Shown: positions 37,267-45,582, counted from the first letter of the stretch. The stretch: 61,237 nt of DNA from Patescibacteria group bacterium (GCA_038063755.1 JBBTUL010000001.1:1-61237); one strand, 5' to 3'. Made by a program: numbers and translations. The notes: a model not told the origin generated them from the sequence alone.

Positions 37267-37492
37267 GAAAGGAATTCGCAAGTTTGAAAGGTTCGCATCT
37301 CCATGCCTTACCGGCAGTCAGACGAAAAGGACTCAAAATCTATCCCCGTCATTCGCATTTTCGTATATCGCGTTTGGCGGGATCACCCTCCGCCATTATT
37401 AGTTACCGAACGCACGAAAACGTGAGCGGTTACCCCGGCCCGTTTTTTTATAAAAATCCCACCGTAGTGGTGGGGTGAGTATTTCCCGAAGG

Positions 37493-37882
37493 CTAACAAA
37501 TTACGCGGCGGGAGCGAATCGGAGAACTATTTCTTGTTTCGACATCCTCTTTGCCAGAAATAACAATCTTAAACCCGGGGGTAAGAGAGTTGTCTTCACA
37601 GATAGACTGGTCGAAGTCAGAAAAATCGCCTTCCATATTGATGAAATCCCGAACGAGCTTTGCGGTCTCCTCGTCAAGGTCGAAATAGCACGCTGCTGGG
37701 GCTCCGGAACACACGAAAAAAAGAGTTTGTTCCTGGACTCCGACCGAAGCCGGATCTCCCTCGAGTGCATGCGGCATCAATTCGCAAAATCGCTCCGCCA
37801 TGTTCTCCGCTTCGGCCAGAACAGAAATTCCAACAAATCCACCCTCTTCGTCTCTCAGCAAACACAGCTCTGCGTCAATCAT
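37493..37882 (-). CDS. Small acidic hypothetical protein (129 aa)
   Basis: GGAGGAG SD-like motif before ATG 37882; 26 D/E versus 10 K/R. Confidence 0.6.
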   Translation of the reverse strand: MIDAELCLLRDEEGGFVGISVLAEAENMAERFCELMPHALEGDPASVGVQEQTLFFVCSGAPAACYFDLDEETAKLVRDFINMEGDFSDFDQSICEDNSLTPGFKIVISGKEDVETRNSSPIRSRRVIC

Positions 37883-38023
37883 GTGTCTCCTCCGTATCAA
37901 TGCTGGACCCAGCATAACACAATGGACCAACTTGTAAATGCATTGCGAACGGAAGGGGCGGGTTTTCTTCGGCCCAAAGATACGCTATGCTTTAAAAAGC
38001 CATTTTGGAAAATAGGGGGTGCG

Positions 38024-38734
38024 ATGCGGAGCCTGTCTAGGGCAGCCCCCGCAAACGCTCGCGCCATCCGAGGCGCGGTATGCGGGATTTTGCTACTCTT
38101 GAGGATATCCGGGTCTGCGGCCGAAACGCCGCCTGTCAAAACTGTTGCGGAGGAAGTCGTAGCATTCGGTGGATATAGATCAAGTATGGCGACCTACGAG
38201 GTTCGCGTGGAGTTCAGAAGCTGGCTCAAGCGGATGTTCGCCTCGTTTATGGGCGACATTCCGAAGACGCTTATCTACAAAGAACTCCCAATTCTCAGAA
38301 ACGGCGAGTTGGATTATTCTCGAATCCTTCTCACCGACAAAGCCGGAAGTTCATGGGTGCGAATCTCTATTCCGCCAACGGAAGGAATGTCGTTCGGCCT
38401 CCCGGACGGAAAGCCAATCATCCTGGACGAAGATGGGAAACGTTTCGTCATAGGGCTCTGGCAGTTCCTGAAAGATCCGAGGAGCGGAGAATATCGTGGA
38501 TCATTCGCAATCAACCACGACACCTTCGATGGAGTTGCGAAACTCGTTCCGTCGGACGTTGCCGGAATAGAAAGAAAGGTCGCCGTCACGGTGACGAGAA
38601 ACAAGAAAACAGTATCTTTTGAGAGCGAATTCTATCTTATCCCAGGGACGTATTTTCGAGCTCCTCTTATCCGCGTAAATATCGTCGAGTCCGGGGTACG
38701 CCTTACGCTTCGCGCAATCGAACCCCTAAGCTAA
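38024..38734 (+). CDS. Putative secreted hypothetical protein (236 aa)
   Basis: Signal-peptide-like N-terminus after an AGGGGG motif; followed by a terminator. The upstream part of the 419-aa ORF is probably not coding. Confidence 0.7.
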   Translation: MRSLSRAAPANARAIRGAVCGILLLLRISGSAAETPPVKTVAEEVVAFGGYRSSMATYEVRVEFRSWLKRMFASFMGDIPKTLIYKELPILRNGELDYSRILLTDKAGSSWVRISIPPTEGMSFGLPDGKPIILDEDGKRFVIGLWQFLKDPRSGEYRGSFAINHDTFDGVAKLVPSDVAGIERKVAVTVTRNKKTVSFESEFYLIPGTYFRAPLIRVNIVESGVRLTLRAIEPLS

Positions 38735-38737
38735 TCT

Positions 38738-38762
38738 GCTCCGCACCAGCGGAGCTTTTTTA
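38738..38762 (+). terminator. Intrinsic terminator
   Basis: GCTCCGC-acca-GCGGAGC followed by T7. Confidence 0.85.
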
Positions 38763-38850
38763 TACCTGGATCATGTCAGCAATCGCGCACCCTCTCGTGA
38801 GTGCGCTCCAAGCCTGTCTTACCCTCTCTCGAGGATGTGCAATTGCTGAT

Positions 38851-40629
38851 TTATGCGACTTCCGCCTGATAGCATGCTTCACAATACACAATTTCCGGAC
38901 GGCCGGGGGCGTAAGAAGTTTGGAAAGTATTCGAGCAATGTTCGGAGCCGTGGGCGTGGCTGGTGGCATTCGCGTACGCTCCCCGCTCAGAAGATACGCC
39001 GCCACACCGGCAGGTCCTTGTCCAAAGCCTTAGGGGGTTAAGGCGCGCAAACCGACGTTTGTAACGACATTCAAAGCATTTTTCAGGAAGCGGTAAATCG
39101 AATCGATTCAAAAACCCAACCTCCGCAGGAACAAAACGATACGCCCGCCCACAAACAGCACAACCAATAACTTCTTTGAAAATGTCCTCTCCGATCTTCT
39201 CGCTGGTCTTTGGCAAATCTGCTCCCTTCAGGGTGATCACGTGTTCCGAAAGAGTGCTGTCTTTCCACTCCCAACCGAAGCGATTCGCGTCCTCTCTCTT
39301 CATTGGACAATGCGTCTGAGCATCGGTCTCGTTGTAGCAATACGGCGAAAGATTGTATGGAAAGTACTCGCCATACTTCCAGATTCTTCCGCGATCATCA
39401 ATGTATGGATTTGTGTTCATATCCTCAACAATACGCGAACGCAGAGCATGAAAATCGCTTTCTGAATATTGTTTATTGAGAATGCAATATTTCTTTTTCC
39501 GAATTGCGGAACAACCAAAAAGATCCGTCGACTCTATGCACCAGAAACAGTATTCCAGATTCATAGTGTGACCCAAAGCACAAACGTAAGAAAACCTAAC
39601 ATTGTAGACACCAGCCCCAACGTTGCAACATTCGTATATTAATTCAGCGTTGTCGCCCCATATGGTATAGTCGTAGGCATCTTTCACTCGCTCATCTTTA
39701 ATGAATTGGCAGAAGCGAACATCTTCTAGTCCTCTTGCCTGAAAAGAATCTCTCGCGTTTTTTGATTCATACACGTAGTCTCCGGAAACATTCACGTTTT
39801 GAAATCCGTGCATAAACTTATGCGGCACCGAAAGCCAAACATCTTCCGCCTTCTTGCGAAGTCTCTCGATCCCCTCCCTAGTTTTCATCTCCTCGCGAAG
39901 AGATCTCATCTCGCGGGCATACTCATCTTTTGAACAAGGCTTGTTCCAAATGTAATAACTTTTGTTTCTCAGATTCGCACAACCGAAACAATTCGTGCAT
40001 CCCCAACAATTTTTTGAAAAGAGAACATCGACACAGTCGCTAGAATCCTCCGAAAAGAAAAGCCGTGATGACTTTCTACAATTCACATCCTCGTAACAAA
40101 GCTCAGACTCTCCGACAACATGTAAGTCCATCGCGTCCTTAACATTGGACAGGCGTGTGGAATAAAGAACATTCTCACAGTAGTCAGCGTCGAAAATGAG
40201 ATAGCAGTTTTTTGAAAATCCACTCTCGTTTACATATTCGCTATTCGTCAAGGTCGGATGGTTTGTACCAAGGGCAACCAGGGGAATATTGTGCCAAAGT
40301 TCGTCCACCTGATCGAAAAAGGGGCGATTTGGCTCATATTCCCGACCATATTCAAGCGGATCCCACGCGTCAGACCACCAACAGGGAGGACAATAGACAG
40401 TGTGCGGTTTTTCTGGCGAATACGTAGAAAGAATCTGTTTTTTGCATAGATCGCATTCGCGCTTGTAAAGGTTTCTTTCGTTCCGAAACATCAGTCGTCG
40501 CTGGAAACGACAATCCGGGCAAAACGTAGGCGGCGGTACGTTGATCTTCTTGTAAAAATCAAAATCTTGAGCGTTTATCAAGAACGATTCTTTACAGTTC
40601 TGACAGGCTTTATTTTCAGATGCTGGCAT
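38851..40629 (-). CDS. Cys-rich zinc-ribbon protein of the large CPR-expanded family, paralog 1
   Basis: CQNC...PPPTFCPDCRFQRR, Cys-rich repeat middle, RPEIVYCEACY end. Confidence 0.9.
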   Translation of the reverse strand: MPASENKACQNCKESFLINAQDFDFYKKINVPPPTFCPDCRFQRRLMFRNERNLYKRECDLCKKQILSTYSPEKPHTVYCPPCWWSDAWDPLEYGREYEPNRPFFDQVDELWHNIPLVALGTNHPTLTNSEYVNESGFSKNCYLIFDADYCENVLYSTRLSNVKDAMDLHVVGESELCYEDVNCRKSSRLFFSEDSSDCVDVLFSKNCWGCTNCFGCANLRNKSYYIWNKPCSKDEYAREMRSLREEMKTREGIERLRKKAEDVWLSVPHKFMHGFQNVNVSGDYVYESKNARDSFQARGLEDVRFCQFIKDERVKDAYDYTIWGDNAELIYECCNVGAGVYNVRFSYVCALGHTMNLEYCFWCIESTDLFGCSAIRKKKYCILNKQYSESDFHALRSRIVEDMNTNPYIDDRGRIWKYGEYFPYNLSPYCYNETDAQTHCPMKREDANRFGWEWKDSTLSEHVITLKGADLPKTSEKIGEDIFKEVIGCAVCGRAYRFVPAEVGFLNRFDLPLPEKCFECRYKRRFARLNPLRLWTRTCRCGGVSSERGAYANATSHAHGSEHCSNTFQTSYAPGRPEIVYCEACYQAEVA

Positions 40630-40634
40630 AGATA

Positions 40635-40733
40635 TTAAGCAAAACGAAGCGAAATCCTGAGCGTATCGAAGGGCTCGGGTTCGATAAGAAACTGATTTTT
40701 ACAATTTTGACACTGACGGTTCTCTTGGTTCAT
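40635..40733 (-). pseudogene. Truncated 5' remnant of a third zinc-ribbon paralog
   Basis: MNQENRQCQNCKNQFLIEP is identical to the start of paralog 2; it then runs into a repeat and stops at 32 aa. Confidence 0.85.
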
Positions 40734-40830
40734 GTTTCTTTATCCCGCCCATGGGCGGGATCCACGATGGCGCAGTTCGGCTTCGCCGAAGCGCCATCGG
40801 GACAATTTTGGCAATTCCTGGTTTCCTGAT

Positions 40831-42570
40831 TCATACGACTTCGGCTTGGTAACATTGCTCGCAGTACACAATCTCCGGACGGCTGGGGGCGTAAGGCGTT
40901 TCAAATTCGATCGAGCAGGCTGACCCGCCGTGAAAATGTGGGCGTGAATTCTTGTAGATTCCGTTGCTCGACGCATCGCCACCACAAGAACAGCTACGCT
41001 CCCAAAGCTTGAAAGGAAGCTTGAGCGCGTAACGCTCTAGATTCCGGCAGTAAAAACATTTTCGGGGTAGAGACACTCCTGTTTTCCTGTAGAATTGAAG
41101 TTCCTGATGTGTAATCAGGTAATTTCTCCTACACTCCACACACGCTAGAACTTCTTTCATGATTGAGTCCTTAACGTCCGCAATCGCGTTTGGCAGATCA
41201 CAGGACCTGACGGTCTCCTTGCCGGTGGTAAATTGAAAATTGTCCTGCCACCTACATCCTTTAATCAGTGCCTCTTCCTTGGTTAGCGGGAAATACAGCT
41301 GGGCAGTCGTCTCGTTGTACCCGAAATGAGAAAGATTGGCTGGAAAAAACTCGCCGTATTCCCCGGCCTCCTTCATCTGCGCTACAATCTTCGCCCGGAT
41401 CACTTGATACTCCTCTTTCGAATACTGCTTGTTCAAAATACAATATTGGGCGCTCTTCAAACCGGCACAGCCAAAAAGGTTTTGTCCCGAATGGCAGTTT
41501 TCCACATACTCTGCATGAGAGTTTTTGTATGAAAATATACTAAACAAGGTCCTATAATCATTGTCTGGCGTAATCCCTTCGTAGCAATCTTCATTTTCGC
41601 CGCCGGTCGCCATGTCGTATCCAGACTTAATCAAATTGCCATTTTGGAAATATTTCGTGTCTTCGCTACCTCTCACATTAAACGAATCGCGCATATTCTT
41701 ACAGTTAAACATCTGGTCGCCGGTGCAATTAATACAATTGCGTAAGATCGCGAATTCATGCGGGTATCCTAGAATGAACTCTCTGAACTCTTTTTTTGCT
41801 CGCTCCGCGCCACTCCACGTGTCCAGAGCGTAGTCTTTCACGATTTTCCCATACTCCTCTTTCGAATACTGCTTGTTCTTAAAGCAATACTTCCTGCGGC
41901 GCAAACCGATCGACATAAAACAATCTTCGCAGTCTCTGCATTCATAACAAAACATGCAGTTAATCAATGCAAAAGACCGGTAACAATTTCTGGCTCGGTA
42001 ACAACTCTCGAGGAAAATGCTATCGTAAATCATCTCGCATTTTTGAAAAATATCGATGCAATCGAACGTTTCTCGCACTTCAGGACCGGAGATTTGCAAT
42101 GAGTAGGCACATTCTTCGTTCTTCCAAGAAGCGGAAACCATGTAGCAATTCTTGGCTAAAGAGACATTTTGGGCATATTCGCAGTTTACGCTCCCAATAC
42201 CGTCGTCGTTGACCATAGAAATCAATGGCACAACGTTCTGGAGCTCTCTAAACTGTTCGAAAAATGATCGGGAGAAGTCGTAGTCGCGACCATATCCTTT
42301 TCCGTCCCACGCATCGGACCACCAACATTTCTGGCAATAAACCACAAGCCTCTTGTCCGGAGAATATAATGTAATAATGCTCCGACCGCACAAACTACAC
42401 TGGCTTTTGTAGAAACTTAGATCATTGCGCCATGCCCTCCTTCTCTGATTACGACAATCCGGGCAAAACGTAGGCGGTGGAACGCTGATCTTTTTGTAGA
42501 ATGCAAAGTCATCGGGCTCGATAAGAAACTGATTCTTACAATTTTGACACTGACGGTTCTCTTGGTTCAT
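40831..42570 (-). CDS. Cys-rich zinc-ribbon protein, paralog 2
   Basis: Same architecture as 38851-40629; start at ATG 42570. Confidence 0.9.
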   Translation of the reverse strand: MNQENRQCQNCKNQFLIEPDDFAFYKKISVPPPTFCPDCRNQRRRAWRNDLSFYKSQCSLCGRSIITLYSPDKRLVVYCQKCWWSDAWDGKGYGRDYDFSRSFFEQFRELQNVVPLISMVNDDGIGSVNCEYAQNVSLAKNCYMVSASWKNEECAYSLQISGPEVRETFDCIDIFQKCEMIYDSIFLESCYRARNCYRSFALINCMFCYECRDCEDCFMSIGLRRRKYCFKNKQYSKEEYGKIVKDYALDTWSGAERAKKEFREFILGYPHEFAILRNCINCTGDQMFNCKNMRDSFNVRGSEDTKYFQNGNLIKSGYDMATGGENEDCYEGITPDNDYRTLFSIFSYKNSHAEYVENCHSGQNLFGCAGLKSAQYCILNKQYSKEEYQVIRAKIVAQMKEAGEYGEFFPANLSHFGYNETTAQLYFPLTKEEALIKGCRWQDNFQFTTGKETVRSCDLPNAIADVKDSIMKEVLACVECRRNYLITHQELQFYRKTGVSLPRKCFYCRNLERYALKLPFKLWERSCSCGGDASSNGIYKNSRPHFHGGSACSIEFETPYAPSRPEIVYCEQCYQAEVV

Positions 42571-42727
42571 GTTTTTTATCCCGCCCATAGGCGGGATCCT
42601 CGATTTTGTTTATTCGCTTCGCTCATACAAAATCGGGACAGCTTTGACACGCTTGTCCCTGGTGGGGTCGAGGGGAGCTTGTCGAAGAAATTCTGGCCTC
42701 AGGCATCATCCCGTAATTCTAATCCAA

Positions 42728-42749
42728 AACCCGCGTTGGGCAAGGTGCT
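42728..42749. repeat. 22-bp direct repeat (copy 2 at 43458-43479) flanking the APH gene
   Basis: AACCCGCGTTGGGCAAGGTGCT, exact, 730 bp apart. Confidence 0.9.
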
Positions 42750-42757
42750 TTGATGCG

Positions 42758-43408
42758 CTAAATCAATCCCCAATTCTTTTGGGCCTCTTCGTATTGCATC
42801 CGTAGCTTCTCGACGAGATCTTCCGTGACATCTTTAAGGCCATACTTCTCGAGAAATCTTTTCCCGTGACCCTGTCCGAGGTTGTACCCTAAACTCCAAA
42901 CAGCGGCGGAGAGATCGACTTCCACGGCATCCACCCGCATGTCTCCGAGGTCAATATATCCGGAAAACGCGTCACCGTTGAAAACAAAGTTCGGCAGACA
43001 GGCATCGCCATGGACTAACACACCGCTTGCCTTCGGACCTCCGAACGGGCAGTCCTTCGTGTCGGTCGCGTGAAATTTTCGTAATACCTCGGCAAGGTTA
43101 TCCACGATCTTCACCGCCGACCATTGCTTGGCAAGCTTCGCGAGGTTCGTGCCATCAATCGCCGTAAGCAGGAGCGCATCCTTGTCTTCGTTCTGTATAA
43201 ACCCCGCAACCCTGGGAGTCGGTAATTTCTCGCATGCCCAATCGAGCCGTTCGCGTTCCTTGGAAAGTCCCGGTGCGATCTTGAGGAAGTACACCCCGCC
43301 AGGAGTCGAAAGCTCATACACCGCACTCTGATCGCCATGCGGTTCTTTGGTGACAACGACTTTTCCTCCAAGCAGCTTTTCCGCCCAATCGATGAAAAAT
43401 TTCTCCAT
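42758..43408 (-). CDS. Aminoglycoside 3'-phosphotransferase-like kinase with an internal deletion
   Basis: VHGDACLPN and GYIDLG match the APH(3')-II catalytic motifs; start could be TTG 43441. Confidence 0.85.
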   Translation of the reverse strand: MEKFFIDWAEKLLGGKVVVTKEPHGDQSAVYELSTPGGVYFLKIAPGLSKERERLDWACEKLPTPRVAGFIQNEDKDALLLTAIDGTNLAKLAKQWSAVKIVDNLAEVLRKFHATDTKDCPFGGPKASGVLVHGDACLPNFVFNGDAFSGYIDLGDMRVDAVEVDLSAAVWSLGYNLGQGHGKRFLEKYGLKDVTEDLVEKLRMQYEEAQKNWGLI

Positions 43409-43518
43409 GAATTCGGTAATGTCCTCGCGAGACGAAATCAAGATAATTTTAGCTCAGAACCCGCGTTGGGCAAGGTGCTCTTTCTGCAAACCAACTGAAT
43501 CTATTTGTTCACTCTAAC

Positions 43519-43896
43519 TTAAATTGCGCCTTTATCCTCTCCTTCTTCTGTGATCTTCCGGAAAGCAACCAGCACCATAAAAATGGCAACAGCAAAACTA
43601 ACAGCAGAAACCCAGGCTAGCGCTCGACTTTCTTGACTCTCGGCAGCAATAAAAAGCTGCAGAGCCATAATAATGATCTGAATAAGTCCTAGGAAAACCA
43701 GGATTATGGAAACACGTGTGGTTGCTTTGCTGAATTCCTTAAATGTTTTACGACTGCGAAGAGTCGCGCGTATATGTATCTTCTGCTGCTCCCATGGGAG
43801 AGGAGCTACATTTTTTCCTTTCCCATCCATCCAATCTAGCAAGCCATGGTCTTCCGGCAGATATAATAAATTCTTATCTTCCTCTTCAGGCTCCAT
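43519..43896 (-). CDS. Hypothetical 2-TM protein
   Basis: Two C-terminal hydrophobic helices; AT-rich. Confidence 0.7.
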   Translation of the reverse strand: MEPEEEDKNLLYLPEDHGLLDWMDGKGKNVAPLPWEQQKIHIRATLRSRKTFKEFSKATTRVSIILVFLGLIQIIIMALQLFIAAESQESRALAWVSAVSFAVAIFMVLVAFRKITEEGEDKGAI

Positions 43897-43905
43897 GACG
43901 TCATT

Positions 43906-44289
43906 CTAACCAATATGTTCTCGCCAAGTCAAAAGCCACTGCAGCAATAACATACCCAGAGCTCCAGCAACTACGCTGATGGAGTGCTGTGTTATCGAAT
44001 GGCTTAGTGCTTTCCGCGGATAATACCAGGGACTGATGAGCTGTTCCCCCGAAGAAGAAACCTTGAGTGTTTTGTTTGCATCTTCGACGATGTAATGATC
44101 CTCTATGCAGTAACTTAAAATCTGATGAATTTTCTTTCTGTCCCAATATATTTTTGTATTAAGCATTACTTTGCTTTTTAAAATTTTCGCAAAAGTCATT
44201 TTGCTAAGATATTCCATAAATTGATCCCGCGGAACGCCAGCCCCCAGATTTGACGGGTCCCTCGCAAAGTCGTCGAGCATCTTTACCAT
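43906..44289 (-). CDS. Hypothetical protein with a C-terminal TM
   Basis: GAAGGGAGAG SD-like motif before ATG 44289; AT-rich. Confidence 0.7.
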   Translation of the reverse strand: MVKMLDDFARDPSNLGAGVPRDQFMEYLSKMTFAKILKSKVMLNTKIYWDRKKIHQILSYCIEDHYIVEDANKTLKVSSSGEQLISPWYYPRKALSHSITQHSISVVAGALGMLLLQWLLTWREHIG

Positions 44290-44384
44290 CTCCCTCCTTC
44301 TGTTTTTAATAGGCATAAATCAAGAAATTCTGGTTATGCTTTCGGTAGAATCTTGCACCTCTTCTTGCTTTTTTGATCACCCAC

Positions 44385-45053
44385 TCAGACAGATTCATGA
44401 AAGCTCTTCCCTACAGCTCCCCAATCGACGATATTCCACCAGTTTTCTATATACTCCGCGCGGCGGTTTTGATACTTCAGATAATAGGCGTGTTCCCAAA
44501 CATCAAGCGCCAAAACCGGTTTCTTGCCCTGCGACAGGGGCGTATCCTGATTCGGGGTTGTAAGGATCTCAAGGCCAAGTCCTTCGGCGGGGCTCCCCTC
44601 GGCTCTGCTCGGGACAGGCAGGACAATTCCTTCGGGGTTACTCAGGACAAGCCACGTCCAACCGCTACCGAATACTTTAAGCGCGGAGTCCGTAAACGCT
44701 TTCTTGAAATCCGCAAACGACCCGTACGCACCCGCGACCGCAGTTGCAAGCTCGCCCTGCGGCTCGCTTACACCCCCCGCAGGCGCAAGAAGCGTCCAAA
44801 AAAGCGAGTGGTTCAGGTGTCCCCCGCCGTGGTTCTTTACCGCGCCGCGAATGTCCTCGGGAACGGCATCCAAATTCTTCAAAAGTTCCTCAAGCGGGGT
44901 CTCCGCTATTTCGGGGTGCTTTGCGAGAGCCTCGTTCAGCTTATCGACATAGGCCTGGTGGTGCTTTGCGTGGTGCAACTCCATCGTTCGCGCATCGATG
45001 AATGGCTCAAGCGCATCGTATCCGTACGGCAGTTTCGGCAGTTCGTATTTCAT
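44385..45053 (-). CDS. sodA: Fe/Mn superoxide dismutase with a 23-aa repeat-derived insert
   Basis: [10 protein letters not shown]; [13 protein letters not shown]; DVWEHAYY. Confidence 0.96.
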   Translation of the reverse strand: MKYELPKLPYGYDALEPFIDARTMELHHAKHHQAYVDKLNEALAKHPEIAETPLEELLKNLDAVPEDIRGAVKNHGGGHLNHSLFWTLLAPAGGVSEPQGELATAVAGAYGSFADFKKAFTDSALKVFGSGWTWLVLSNPEGIVLPVPSRAEGSPAEGLGLEILTTPNQDTPLSQGKKPVLALDVWEHAYYLKYQNRRAEYIENWWNIVDWGAVGKSFHESV

Positions 45054-45119
45054 ATGTTTCTCATTATACACGCAAGAATTAAAAAACCGAAGAAATTCCT
45101 TCGGTTTGAACTGCGGGGA

Positions 45120-45515
45120 CTACTCGAAATATGGCGGCCACATCCACGACGAGACTACTTTTGCCGAAAAACGCGGGAATGCTTCCTTGCACCTTTTCAC
45201 CTGCTCTCTGAAACGCGACTGAAACTCGTACGAAAGCGCCATGTGGACGTTTTTGATCGCACTGAGATGCGGACCACCCACACCAGGATTCCAATAATCG
45301 CATGCCTCACAGATCAAAACCACTCGGCACCTTGCGACTTCGTCAACGCTCTGACGGGCAACGAGCCTCTTTTTGCACGTCGGGCACGAGAAGAACAGCC
45401 CCTCTTCATCTCCGACAACCTTCATTGAGGTGCTATCTTGCCCCGCAAGATTGAGGGTCAAATGAAATCGTCCTTTCGCCGGATCGAAAAACGCGCGAAC
45501 GGTGCTCTCAACCAT
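45120..45515 (-). CDS. Hypothetical protein with two CxxC motifs (Zn ribbon)
   Basis: CPTC and CEAC; GGAGG 6 nt upstream of ATG. Confidence 0.65.
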   Translation of the reverse strand: MVESTVRAFFDPAKGRFHLTLNLAGQDSTSMKVVGDEEGLFFSCPTCKKRLVARQSVDEVARCRVVLICEACDYWNPGVGGPHLSAIKNVHMALSYEFQSRFREQVKRCKEAFPRFSAKVVSSWMWPPYFE

Positions 45516-45582
45516 ATTCTTCCTCCAGTGGCACGCAAAATACTGCAGCTATTAAAACAGAAAACCATGAAAAACGCAATGG

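Noticed and set aside
37475-38023. 5' half of the 419-aa plus-strand ORF
   Set aside because: It overlaps a better-supported minus ORF with an SD; a signal peptide and SD-like motif point to ATG 38024.
42728-43521. Integron attC sites around the APH gene
   Set aside because: GCCCAAC/GTTGGGC is present, but RYYYAAC and GTTRRRY boxes are not in the required order and spacing, and no integrase is present.
44373-45428. 351-aa plus-strand ORF
   Set aside because: Antisense shadow of sodA and its neighbour, with no motifs.
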